A stretch of DNA of 64,000 bases from Bacillota bacterium (GTDB lineage: Bacteria > Bacillota > Dethiobacteria > DTU022): NCBI GenBank assembly GCA_040751775.1, contig JBFMGD010000008.1, positions 15,431-79,430 on the forward strand, in the 5' to 3' direction. Under the pieces are notes generated by a model. It ran no database searches. It saw only the letters and a program-made list of their open reading frames with translations, and was not told the DNA's origin. A program made the translations under genes and the position numbers. This document shows, piece after piece, positions 30,058 to 39,531 of this stretch. The first letter of the stretch is position 1. Each line of letters opens with the position of its first letter.

Positions 30058-31239
30058 CTAATCCTCGAGTAAACCGAGGTACAGCTTTTCATAATCCCGG
30101 GTGATTTTTTCCCAGGTAAAACTTTGTTGCCATGCCGCAAACCCGTTCTCTTGCATGGCTTCTCTTTTACCGGCGTCATTGAAGAGATCTTCCAAGAGCC
30201 GGACCGACCCAATTATGTCGGCCCTGCTGTAAACATATTCCTTATAATCTATTTCCGTGGGCAATAACAGCCCGCCCCCGGACCACGCCACGATCTCCCC
30301 GGCATTCCCGGCGTCGGTGGTTAAAAACGGCGTTTTTGAAGCCATGGCCTCAAAGAGAACCAGGGGCGAGCATTCGAGATTGGACGGGAAAAGGAAAAGG
30401 TCTGCCGCGTGGTACGCGGCGATAGTGGTCTTTCGGGGCAGTTCGGCCACAATTATTTTTTTACGCGCGAGTGCGGCGGGCGGGGATGAGTTATATGCCG
30501 CCGCCGTTGCCGTGCAGTGCCTGGTGCACCCGCCGCCGCCGAAGGTATTGGCGATCAGCAAAAATGTCGCGTTATTAATCTCTGCCTGCCGGAATATCTG
30601 CAGTGCTTCGGCATGGCCTTTTAAGCCCGTGTGTGATCCCACGTGCAGGATCAGGAAGTGGCCGGCGGGAATGCCCAATTCATGCCGGATATCTACCGCC
30701 GGCCGGGCTTGAAACTCATTGGCCCCCGCGCCGTTGGGAATCAGGGCCGTCCTGGTGATGCCGCATTCACGGGCAAAGTGAATGTCCCGGTAATCGTCCG
30801 AAAGAAAAACATTCATATCGTATTTCTTGAACCATGATTTCATTGACGTAAAATAATCTTTGTACTCCGGCATGTAGAGCCCGGAAAATCCGGTCGGGAC
30901 AAAGACTTTTTTAGCCTTGATCCGGTCCAGGATAGGCAGCATGATATCGGTGGCCCATTGTTGCGCCGCGAAATTGGCGATAATATCGCATTCCGCGTTG
31001 AGTAAAAAGTTGCGGTAGTGCGCCGTTTCCCCGTTCAACCCGCGCACGGCGTTGCCGGAAACAGAGAATTCAACGATCCTGACCCCGTTGATTATTTTGG
31101 CGGTCCTTTCGGGCAACCTGGTTGTGGCCACGGTAACCTCATGCCCCAGTTTAACCAGGCGTTCGGAAAGCTGTTTGACCACCTCCTGCATCCCGCCGAC
31201 GGAGGGAGGGTAAAATTCGACCGTATGCAGTATTTTCAA
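30058..31239 (-). CDS. GT4-family glycosyltransferase
   Basis: MKILHTVEFYPPSVGGMQEVV is the GT4 N-terminal motif, with GT-B C-terminal domain features. Confidence 0.8.
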   Translation of the reverse strand: MKILHTVEFYPPSVGGMQEVVKQLSERLVKLGHEVTVATTRLPERTAKIINGVRIVEFSVSGNAVRGLNGETAHYRNFLLNAECDIIANFAAQQWATDIMLPILDRIKAKKVFVPTGFSGLYMPEYKDYFTSMKSWFKKYDMNVFLSDDYRDIHFARECGITRTALIPNGAGANEFQARPAVDIRHELGIPAGHFLILHVGSHTGLKGHAEALQIFRQAEINNATFLLIANTFGGGGCTRHCTATAAAYNSSPPAALARKKIIVAELPRKTTIAAYHAADLFLFPSNLECSPLVLFEAMASKTPFLTTDAGNAGEIVAWSGGGLLLPTEIDYKEYVYSRADIIGSVRLLEDLFNDAGKREAMQENGFAAWQQSFTWEKITRDYEKLYLGLLED

Positions 31240-32870
31240 GGCTGCCTCCTGTATTTTTCCAGCAATTTCTGTATATAGGCAAACTCACGCTCATACCAGG
31301 ATACGGGAACGGAACCGTCGTACCCGCCCGGTTGGAAATGCGTACTCGCTTCAATCATCTCTTTCAGGCAGGCGCTGTCCAGGCCCTGGTATTCCTGAAG
31401 CCGGTTTACCCAGTAGCGGTAGGTTTCGCCAGCATCGGCCACTTCTCGCCGGGTGCGGGAAAGAGCCCTGGTGCTTAGCGCAAAATGGAAGACCAATCCG
31501 CCGATATTCTGGCCGAAAGCGCCGTCACGCGGGGTGAGCCCGATATAGCTGGTCAGCGGGATGTTAAACTTGGGTCCGAGACGGTTGATGTCGATAAAAT
31601 GGTTGGCCGCCACACCGCTGTCGCACCCGGAGAGGTACGGCTCCCGGCCGGAGACGCCGGAAGCCCTGGTAAACCCGATCGTCTCGGAAACCACCTTGGC
31701 CAGCGCCGTGGGCATGATCCGGTAGAGGTTGTTGGTGCAGGTGAAGACCTCGTTGTCGAAAATACCGCCGTTGGTCCAGTAGCCGATCCATTTCCCCGCG
31801 TAGGTCTGCCACCAGGTATTGATCTGATCCTGGGAAAGGTATGGAACGGACAGCCCCGTATCCAGGCCTACGGAGCTACAGCCGTATGTTTCCAGGAGCC
31901 GGATGGGGAAGGCCAGCCAGTCTTGGCTCAGCGGGAAGAGGTCGGCGTCAATGGCCGCCACGTACTGTTCCTTGACCAGTTTCAAACCATAATCAAGAAG
32001 CAACCCGATATCGGGTTCATGTTTGTTCGGCCTGTCAATGCGGTGGAACTCTATCCCCGGATCACCTTTAAACGCCTCCATCGCCTTTTCAAAACTGCCG
32101 TCGGCACTGGCATCATCCAAAACATAAACTTTTTCGTTTAAGTTTTCATGACGGTTCTGCCGGATCGTCTCCAGGCACGGCTTTAGGAACGGCCAGCTTT
32201 CCCAGTGGGGCAGCAGGACGGCAATCGAGCGGGGATGATCGCGGGCGTCGAGCGTAAAGCCCAGGACGCGGATATGCTTATATTCCTCTTTTATTTGCTG
32301 GCTGAACTCTTTTAACACCGGCGAGGTTGACCTGAGGGTATCGGGAGGGAGGAGCGGGATCCGGACACCCAGGAACTCTTCCAGCTCTCTGAGCCGGTAA
32401 AGAGGCACGCCAAGGGTGTCACTGACATCCATGGTGATCACCACCCGGTAACGGGCCAGGCGGATCATTTCATTAATCACCGCGCACAAGTCCGGCATCT
32501 CTTCCACCGCCGACACGCTGAAGACATAATCAAAGGAGTTGTCGGCAAAGGTTACTTTGGCTGCGTCGCACACGACCAGCTTCTCTGCCGGCCACTTTCC
32601 CGCGTGCAGCGGGTGATCGACTTCATTTAAATTCCGGCAGTCAACAGATATCGTATTGGGGAAATTGGGAAATAAGACGAATGGATATGTCCCCCCGACA
32701 TCCAGGGCTTTACCCGACGAAGGGATGCGGGAAGCCACGTAGGGGTATTCCCAGATCCTTTGCCAGAAGTAATCGGGAAGCGTATTTTGTTTGTTCCAGT
32801 TAATCCACAACGGCAAGCGCAGGTCATTACTGTTGGCCCAGCGGATATCGCTGACGGTCCAGTTTTTCAT
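31236..32870 (-). CDS. Bifunctional class-I SAM methyltransferase / GT2-like glycosyltransferase fusion
   Basis: N-terminal half has ALDVGGTYP (motif I) and FDYVFSVSAVEEMPD. C-terminal half has YVLDDASADGS…IDADLFP (GT-A). Confidence 0.7.
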   Translation of the reverse strand: MKNWTVSDIRWANSNDLRLPLWINWNKQNTLPDYFWQRIWEYPYVASRIPSSGKALDVGGTYPFVLFPNFPNTISVDCRNLNEVDHPLHAGKWPAEKLVVCDAAKVTFADNSFDYVFSVSAVEEMPDLCAVINEMIRLARYRVVITMDVSDTLGVPLYRLRELEEFLGVRIPLLPPDTLRSTSPVLKEFSQQIKEEYKHIRVLGFTLDARDHPRSIAVLLPHWESWPFLKPCLETIRQNRHENLNEKVYVLDDASADGSFEKAMEAFKGDPGIEFHRIDRPNKHEPDIGLLLDYGLKLVKEQYVAAIDADLFPLSQDWLAFPIRLLETYGCSSVGLDTGLSVPYLSQDQINTWWQTYAGKWIGYWTNGGIFDNEVFTCTNNLYRIMPTALAKVVSETIGFTRASGVSGREPYLSGCDSGVAANHFIDINRLGPKFNIPLTSYIGLTPRDGAFGQNIGGLVFHFALSTRALSRTRREVADAGETYRYWVNRLQEYQGLDSACLKEMIEASTHFQPGGYDGSVPVSWYEREFAYIQKLLEKYRRQP

Positions 32871-33712
32871 CTTGACAATCCCTCCGCATTACTGAATATC
32901 AAATCAACTTCCTGGTGGCAAGCGTTGGGCAGATAGCCGCTGTACTTTGCCACATTTATACGGTAACCGAGTTCAAATAGCCGGCCCAATTGATCGACCG
33001 TATATTGAGGGTTGCTTCCGGCCCGGTTTGGCCAAACATTTTGCACCATATTAACCGGGCTGCAAAAAGCAATGGAGTGACGGCTGCACAGAAGGTAATT
33101 TCCCCGGTTCATAAAAATATGCTTATGCGCGGCCATCCGGCCTTCCAGCGTATTCGGGTTTGCAAACCCCAACTGCCGCAGCAAAGGTAAAATATCGCCG
33201 ATCCTGTAAACCGAGCTGGATATCTCCAGGGGATAGCCGAAATCGCCTTCGGCGGAGCTCCAGTCATATTTTAAAAAGCCGCCGGCTGCTTCGCTGAACT
33301 CGGGTAGTTTCTGCGCAATGTCGCGGGAATAACAATATACCGTGTTGGACCCCAATCGAAGGGAAAATCCCAGGGCATCAGTGTTGTTTTCCAGGCCGGC
33401 TGTTACGTTTTCGACGGTAAAGTCCCGGACGAATATAGCGTCGTCTACCAGGAAAAGCACATATGCACCCGTTTCTAAACTTGACAGGACCTGTGGTTTA
33501 AAATCATTTTCCCGGATGAATTCCACGTCACCGTAATCACTGCTCAGCATATGGTAAAGGTCTTCATGGAAAGAGCCGGAAACGGTATAGAGTACCTTCA
33601 ACTGCAGGTTTTGCCTATCCCGGCAATGCAGCGACAGCGAGCTGAATACAGCTTCCAGTTGCATGGCCCTGTCCTTGCTGAAGATCAGTCCAGTAACGGT
33701 ATGGTCTTGCAT
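32867..33712 (-). CDS. Hypothetical protein, possible GT-A glycosyltransferase
   Basis: LIFSKDRAMQLEA…FLVDDAIF pattern. Weak assignment. Confidence 0.35.
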   Translation of the reverse strand: MQDHTVTGLIFSKDRAMQLEAVFSSLSLHCRDRQNLQLKVLYTVSGSFHEDLYHMLSSDYGDVEFIRENDFKPQVLSSLETGAYVLFLVDDAIFVRDFTVENVTAGLENNTDALGFSLRLGSNTVYCYSRDIAQKLPEFSEAAGGFLKYDWSSAEGDFGYPLEISSSVYRIGDILPLLRQLGFANPNTLEGRMAAHKHIFMNRGNYLLCSRHSIAFCSPVNMVQNVWPNRAGSNPQYTVDQLGRLFELGYRINVAKYSGYLPNACHQEVDLIFSNAEGLSR

Positions 33713-33793
33713 GGCTGCCCGCCTTTACCAACATTAATCTATTATATGAGTCGTGATCAGAGTGTGTAACCGGTGATTTACATTTTTGATATA

Positions 33794-34735
33794 TCAGTGA
33801 GAGTTATCCATTTTCTCATTTTTTATATCTAAAAAAATTTTAGCCGCTATTGTATCGGTCATATTTTCCAAAACCCATTTTCTTGGTTTGCAAGCAACTA
33901 ATTTTGCAGGGAGAGCCTCAAGCAGTTGTTCCAGTTCACCGGTGGTCGTCCATTGCATTCCTGTCAGATCGCACAAGTAGGGGCATGCTGAGAAAACGGC
34001 ATACTGCCGGGTTTCGATAACCAGTTCCCGGGGCGACCATACCAGGGTGGGTACATCCATGGACCACGCTTCAGCCAGGGCCAGCCCCTGGCTTTCACTT
34101 TTGCTTAAAAAAACCGCAAAAACACTTTTAGCCAATACATTTTTAAACTGTGCGGCGGTATAGCTGCCGTAAACAACCCTGACGGGATTCCAGCCGTGTT
34201 TAAGCAGGATTCGCTCGACTTGCCCGTTAAAATCTGCCGGTTCTGTTTTCCAGTAAACCAGAACCGTGTTCTCATTAGTAGATCTTATCTCCGGCTTCCA
34301 GTAGTTTTCATCTACACCGGCATACCAGCACCTGATCCTTCCTTTCAGGGCGGGCGCTGTCTCTTCATAAGCGATGCGCACCCAATCGGAAGGCACCAGG
34401 CAGATGTCCAACGCCGGTGAGGAGAAGATTTCCCGGAATCCTTTTGTGCGCACTGTCATCAGGTTTGGTCCGGCCAGCAGTTTATTGATATAACCCTTGT
34501 TTTTCCAGTCGATCGCCTCCATCAGGGTTTCGATGCCGCTTAAGACCGCTACCGTTTCTCCCACTTCGGCCATGTCGCCGGGATTATAATTGAAATGGGC
34601 GTCAATTTTTTGCAGGCCTTCAACCAGGCTGCGCGTAACGGCATAATGGCCGCCGTATCGTTTACCGGCATCGTTTACGGGCTCGGTAAGTAGAGTCAGC
34701 TTCGGATAATTGCTCATGAAAACTCCGCCCCCCAT
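33794..34735 (-). CDS. Putative GT-B glycosyltransferase (GT1/GT4-like C-terminal domain)
   Basis: LSKSESQGLALAEAWSMDVPTLVWSP resembles the EX7E region. Confidence 0.5.
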   Translation of the reverse strand: MGGGVFMSNYPKLTLLTEPVNDAGKRYGGHYAVTRSLVEGLQKIDAHFNYNPGDMAEVGETVAVLSGIETLMEAIDWKNKGYINKLLAGPNLMTVRTKGFREIFSSPALDICLVPSDWVRIAYEETAPALKGRIRCWYAGVDENYWKPEIRSTNENTVLVYWKTEPADFNGQVERILLKHGWNPVRVVYGSYTAAQFKNVLAKSVFAVFLSKSESQGLALAEAWSMDVPTLVWSPRELVIETRQYAVFSACPYLCDLTGMQWTTTGELEQLLEALPAKLVACKPRKWVLENMTDTIAAKIFLDIKNEKMDNSH

Positions 34736-34736
34736 T

Positions 34737-35933
34737 TTAAAGACTTTTCTTGCCGTAAATGACCGGGTAATTGTAACCTGCCGGGGCGTCGATTTTTACC
34801 GCGTAGCCGTATTTTTGCAAAAGATACCGGTGATATTCGATACTTGCCAGGTTGGCCAGGGCAGGACCCTGATGCCCGAGATTTGTCTGGAGAAAGATTT
34901 CGGGATTGTTGGCGCTGATTTTGCGGATGAATTCCTCGAACTTTTCACCGAAATGGTAGAGCACGCAGCAGGAAAAGAAAAAATCATGTCGCAATGCTGA
35001 AAAATCGAGGGTGGCGAGATCGCACTCGATATAGCGGATATTATCCAGGTTTTTCTCGCCGGCAAGGCTGAACAGGTTCTTGACAAAATAAGCCTGTTGG
35101 ACAACATTCTGTCTGGGTAAGTGTTCATTTGTCGGCTGAACCACGTTTTCCGCGCGGTCATAACCATCCACTTTTTGGGCGCCCAGCCGGGACATGTAGA
35201 TGCTGTAAAGACCGGTATTGCACCCGATGTCACAAACTGACTTGCCCCTTAAATCAGGCAAGTTTCCGGCAATAATATAATCCCATTTGCTTTTCCCGCG
35301 TTCCTTGTTGGTCAGGAACTCCGGGCGCTCCTTGAAATCGGGATAGGTGCGTTCGTGAATCACCCTGCCCTGAATTTCGAGCGGCGTATACCACTCCGGA
35401 AAGTCGTCGTGAAAATCGTTAAGATACCGGTCCAACTGGGCCAAAGGCGGCAGTGGATTTTTCTCAAAAACAAAAGCCGCCGGAACTTCTCTGATCCCCT
35501 GGGCAAGCAAGATAGATGCACGATGTACACCGTCCATGATCACATTGATCACGCCGGTTTCTGTTTTGACTTGTTCACAAATAATATAATTGGCTGAATA
35601 AGCTCCTTCCAGGTACTTTTCACCTGTAGACAGCAGCCGCTCAAAATTTTCAACAGAATGTTCCGCTCCGAACCCCACGTTAAGGCCATAGGTCTCCAGA
35701 TATGCATTATAGGATTCTTTTTTACCGTTAATATACTGAAAGTGCGGCGTATCTCTTAATTTGACCAGGGAATGTTCTACCATTCGGCCGGTAGAACCGG
35801 TAATAATCCTGGCGAATATTGTTTCCAAGTCGGTCTTACAGATTAAATAAGGTTCGTCCTTGAGGCCGTTTAAGTTTTCTGGAAGACTCAAATGAAAACT
35901 AAAATTACGATGATCTGCTTTATAGCCATGCAT
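34737..35933 (-). CDS. Two-domain protein with C-terminal class-I SAM methyltransferase
   Basis: KSVCDIGCNTGLYSIYMSRLGAQKVDGYD (motif I/post-I). The N-terminal ~200 aa are unassigned. Confidence 0.65.
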   Translation of the reverse strand: MHGYKADHRNFSFHLSLPENLNGLKDEPYLICKTDLETIFARIITGSTGRMVEHSLVKLRDTPHFQYINGKKESYNAYLETYGLNVGFGAEHSVENFERLLSTGEKYLEGAYSANYIICEQVKTETGVINVIMDGVHRASILLAQGIREVPAAFVFEKNPLPPLAQLDRYLNDFHDDFPEWYTPLEIQGRVIHERTYPDFKERPEFLTNKERGKSKWDYIIAGNLPDLRGKSVCDIGCNTGLYSIYMSRLGAQKVDGYDRAENVVQPTNEHLPRQNVVQQAYFVKNLFSLAGEKNLDNIRYIECDLATLDFSALRHDFFFSCCVLYHFGEKFEEFIRKISANNPEIFLQTNLGHQGPALANLASIEYHRYLLQKYGYAVKIDAPAGYNYPVIYGKKSL

Positions 35934-36120
35934 TAAGTTCTCTCCTTCTGTCTAAAACGGATCGTTAATTCCACAACAGTTTTATGTATTATATGAACCG
36001 GTATAGCCATAATGTCACGGTTGAAAGCATATCCCCATACAATAGAACCAGGGTCAGATTTTGATAGACGAACGTATGCTCATGAAGATAGATTAGTTAT
36101 TGGGGGTATCATTGCACATT

Positions 36121-38076
36121 ATGAAAAAGTGGCTGGTTACCGGGGGGGCCGGTTTCATCGGCTGCAATATGGTTAGGCTGACCATCGCGCAAGGCGGCGT
36201 CCGTATTGTTAACCTCGATAAACTAACTTATGCGGGATGCCTGGAGTCCCTGGCTTCCATGCAAGGCAGCCCCGACCATATTTTTGTCCATGGCAGTATT
36301 GAAGACAAATGTTTGGTCTCGGAGCTGTTAAACAAGTATCAGCCTGACGCGGTGATTAACTTTGCTGCGGAAACCCACGTCGATCGTTCCATCGACGGCC
36401 CCGCGGAATTTATTCAGACCAATATCGTTGGGACGTTCGCACTGCTGGAGGCCGTCCGGGAATACTGGGAGAGTCTGCAAGGTGAACAACGAGATTATTT
36501 CCGTTACTTGCAGATTTCCACGGATGAGGTGTACGGCTCCCTTGACGCCGCGGGATATTTTTCCGAGCAGAACAGGTACGATCCGCGCTCGCCTTATTCC
36601 GCCTCCAAGGCGTCCGCGGATCACCTGGTGCGCTCTTATCACCACACCTACGGTCTGCCCGTGCTAATTACCCATTGTTCTAATAATTACGGCCCCTACC
36701 AGTTCCCGGATAAGCTCATTCCCCTCATGCTGATGAATATTCTTGAGGAAAAACAGCTGCCGGTGTACGGGGACGGGGAAAATGTCCGTGACTGGCTTTA
36801 CGTGGAAGACCACTGCCGGGCCATCCGGAGAGTGTTGGAGCGCGGCCGCAGCGGTGAGTCTTACAATATCGGCGGCAACAATGAAAAAACCAACATTCAG
36901 GTGGTTAATACTCTTTGTGAGTTATGTGACGAGCTGCTGCCGCGCCGGGACGGCCGGAGCCACCGCGGGCAAATCGTTTTCGTGCCGGATCGTCCCGGCC
37001 ATGACCGGCGTTATGCCATCGATGCCGCTAAAATTAAGCGTGAACTGGGTTGGGAGCCTGTGGAAACGCTGGAAACCGGGATGCGCAAAACCGTGGATTG
37101 GTATCTTGATCACAGGGAATGGTGCCGGCGTGTTTGCGCCGGAAAATACGGCGGTGAGCGCCTGGGCCTGGGCCGCCCGGCTCCGCAGGCAAAAAAGAGA
37201 TTAAAAAAAGGGATCATCCTGGCCGGCGGTAGCGGCACCAGGCTTTACCCGCTAACCGCGATCCTAAATAAGCACCTCATGCCGGTTTATGACAAGCCGC
37301 TAATCTATTATCCCTTGACCACCCTGATGCTGGCGGGAATTACGGAGATCCTGGTGATCACTACCCCGCGGGACCGCCGCCTTTTCGAGGAGCTGCTTCA
37401 AGACGGCAGCCGGTGGGGGATCAGTATTCATTACGCGGAGCAGCCCAACCCCGCCGGCGAGGCGCAGGCTTTCCTGATCGGGCGGGAGTTCATCGGCCAT
37501 GATCGCTGCGCGCTAATCCAGGGGGACAATATTTTTCACGGTCACGATCTCGCCGCTTGTTTACAGGAGGCCGCGGCACAAGAAGACGGAGCCACGGTGT
37601 TTGCGTACCGGGTCACGGATCCGGAGCGCTTCGGCGTGGTTGAATTTGACGCGGCAGGCAAGGTCTTAAGCATTGAGGAAAAACCTTTAAGGCCCAAGTC
37701 GAACTATGCCCGGATCGGACTTTTATTTTTTGACAACCAGGTCGTTGGGATGGCCGCCGGCCTTAAACCGTCAGCCCGCGGTGAACTGGAAATGACCGAT
37801 CTTAACAAGCTCTACCTGCAGCAAGGTCAATTACGGGTGAAAAAACTGGGCCAAGGTTTCGCCTGGTTTGATGCAGGCACCCGCCAATCACTGTTGGAGG
37901 CGGCCGTTTTTGTCGAAACAATAGAAAAGTGCCAGGGAATCAAAATTGCCTGTCCGGAGGAGACTGCTTACCGCCTGGGGCTGATTAGCGCCACGCAGGT
38001 GGCAAGGTTGGTTGAACCTTTACAGAAGAACGAATACGGTCAATATCTTCTCAATCTTGTGCAGGGGGTTGATTAA
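36121..38076 (+). CDS. rmlBA: Fused dTDP-glucose 4,6-dehydratase (RmlB) and glucose-1-phosphate thymidylyltransferase (RmlA)
   Basis: N-terminal [16 protein letters not shown]…[12 protein letters not shown] is RmlB. After a KRLKK linker comes [16 protein letters not shown]… (RmlA). The ATG at 36121 is preferred over the TTG at 36100. Confidence 0.85.
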   Translation: MKKWLVTGGAGFIGCNMVRLTIAQGGVRIVNLDKLTYAGCLESLASMQGSPDHIFVHGSIEDKCLVSELLNKYQPDAVINFAAETHVDRSIDGPAEFIQTNIVGTFALLEAVREYWESLQGEQRDYFRYLQISTDEVYGSLDAAGYFSEQNRYDPRSPYSASKASADHLVRSYHHTYGLPVLITHCSNNYGPYQFPDKLIPLMLMNILEEKQLPVYGDGENVRDWLYVEDHCRAIRRVLERGRSGESYNIGGNNEKTNIQVVNTLCELCDELLPRRDGRSHRGQIVFVPDRPGHDRRYAIDAAKIKRELGWEPVETLETGMRKTVDWYLDHREWCRRVCAGKYGGERLGLGRPAPQAKKRLKKGIILAGGSGTRLYPLTAILNKHLMPVYDKPLIYYPLTTLMLAGITEILVITTPRDRRLFEELLQDGSRWGISIHYAEQPNPAGEAQAFLIGREFIGHDRCALIQGDNIFHGHDLAACLQEAAAQEDGATVFAYRVTDPERFGVVEFDAAGKVLSIEEKPLRPKSNYARIGLLFFDNQVVGMAAGLKPSARGELEMTDLNKLYLQQGQLRVKKLGQGFAWFDAGTRQSLLEAAVFVETIEKCQGIKIACPEETAYRLGLISATQVARLVEPLQKNEYGQYLLNLVQGVD

Positions 38077-38077
38077 A

Positions 38078-38644
38078 GTGAATGTGACTGAAACCAAACT
38101 TCCCGGGGTTAAGATCATTGACCCGAGGGTATTTACTGATACCCGGGGTTTCTTCATGGAAACATGGAGCCGGGCCCGTTATATGAAAGCCGGACTGCCG
38201 GACGTCTTTGCCCAGGATAACCTTTCTTGCTCCATCAGGGGTGTCTTGCGCGGCCTGCATTTCCAGCATCCGAGTGAACAGGGAAAACTGGTTTACGTCA
38301 TCCAAGGCGAGGTATTTGATGTGGCCGTGGATATCCGGGTCAATTCACCTACCTTTGGCCGGTGGGTTGGCGTTATCCTTTCCGGTAACAACAAACGGCA
38401 GCTGTATATTCCCGAGGGTTTTGCCCATGGGTATTGTGTAACCAGTAAAACCGCCCTGTTCGCCTATAAGTGTACGGACTGCTACAATCCCCGGGCGGAA
38501 GGTGCCATCAGGTGGGATGATCCGGATCTTGGCATCAACTGGCCGAATGACCAGCCGATTTTAGCCGAAAAAGACAAGATCTGCCCCCGCCTCAGCGATA
38601 TCCCGTTGGATCGGCTGCCGCGGTACAGGGAGATAGAACGATGA
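38078..38644 (+). CDS. rmlC: dTDP-4-dehydrorhamnose 3,5-epimerase
   Basis: GTG at 38078, two nucleotides after the rmlBA stop, preceded by GGGGG. …FTDTRGFFMETWS…HFQ… cupin fold. Confidence 0.85.
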   Translation: MNVTETKLPGVKIIDPRVFTDTRGFFMETWSRARYMKAGLPDVFAQDNLSCSIRGVLRGLHFQHPSEQGKLVYVIQGEVFDVAVDIRVNSPTFGRWVGVILSGNNKRQLYIPEGFAHGYCVTSKTALFAYKCTDCYNPRAEGAIRWDDPDLGINWPNDQPILAEKDKICPRLSDIPLDRLPRYREIER

Positions 38645-39531
38645 ACGTTATTGCGCCGCCCAGAATTATGCTTACCGGCATGAGCGGCCAGGTTGGCTGG
38701 GAACTGCGGCGGACCCTGGCGCCGCTAGGTGCAGTAGTGGCCCTAAACCGCCGGCAGCTTGATCTGGCGGTTCCGGGCCAAATCCGGGAGCGGGTCAGGG
38801 AGATCAAACCAAACCTGATCGTTAATGCCGCCGCCTACACCGCTGTGGATAAGGCGGAGGAGGAGATGGAACTGTGCAGAGCGGTTAACGGAACAGCGCC
38901 GGGCATCTTGGCCGAAGAAGCAAAAAGCCTGAATGCCGTGCTTATCCATTATTCCACAGACTATGTTTTTGACGGCACCAAGAAGATACCTTACGTCGAA
39001 GATGATGAACCCAACCCGCTGAATATATATGGCCGGACCAAACTGGAAGGGGAACGTGCTGTTCAGGCCGTGGGGGTACCCCATCTGATTTTGCGCGTAA
39101 GCGGGGTTTATGGAAAAAGGGGCAAAAATTTTATGTTAACCGTGTTACGGCTGGCGAGAGAGAAGGGGGAACTGAAGGTAGTTGATGACCAGGTAGGCAG
39201 TCCAACCTGGAGCCGCATGATTGCCGAGGCAACGGCCCAGATACTGGCCCGGGGATATTATGCGCTTTTAGAAAGAGGGGGAGTATACCATTTAAGTGCC
39301 GGGGGAGAGACCAGTTGGTATGGCTTTGCCAGGGCTACATTGGCCCGGAGTGGAAAACCCGGGCTGCATTCCGTCCAAATTATGCCGATTTCCACCGGCC
39401 AGTACCGCTCCGTGGCCCGGCGGCCGGCGTACGCGGTCCTCTCCAACGGTAAATTAAACCGCACATTCGGCATTGCTTTGCCGGACTGGGAAGCGGCATT
39501 GGATCTGGTTATGGATGAGCAGTTATTGTAG
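38641..39531 (+). CDS. rmlD: dTDP-4-dehydrorhamnose reductase
   Basis: MLTGMSGQVGWEL…NAAAYTAVDKAE…YSTDYVFDG is the RmlD pattern. Confidence 0.85.
   Translation: MNVIAPPRIMLTGMSGQVGWELRRTLAPLGAVVALNRRQLDLAVPGQIRERVREIKPNLIVNAAAYTAVDKAEEEMELCRAVNGTAPGILAEEAKSLNAVLIHYSTDYVFDGTKKIPYVEDDEPNPLNIYGRTKLEGERAVQAVGVPHLILRVSGVYGKRGKNFMLTVLRLAREKGELKVVDDQVGSPTWSRMIAEATAQILARGYYALLERGGVYHLSAGGETSWYGFARATLARSGKPGLHSVQIMPISTGQYRSVARRPAYAVLSNGKLNRTFGIALPDWEAALDLVMDEQLL

Noticed and set aside
36328-37500. ORFs antisense or out-of-frame inside rmlBA (36328–36645, 36362–36667, 36743–37204, 36922–37113, 37300–37500)
   Set aside because: Shadow ORFs of the strongly supported RmlB-RmlA fusion frame.
38012-38077. 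ATG at 38012 as rmlC start (tool ORF)
   Set aside because: It would overlap the rmlBA C-terminus by 65 nt. The GTG at 38078 has a good RBS and gives the canonical RmlC N-terminus.
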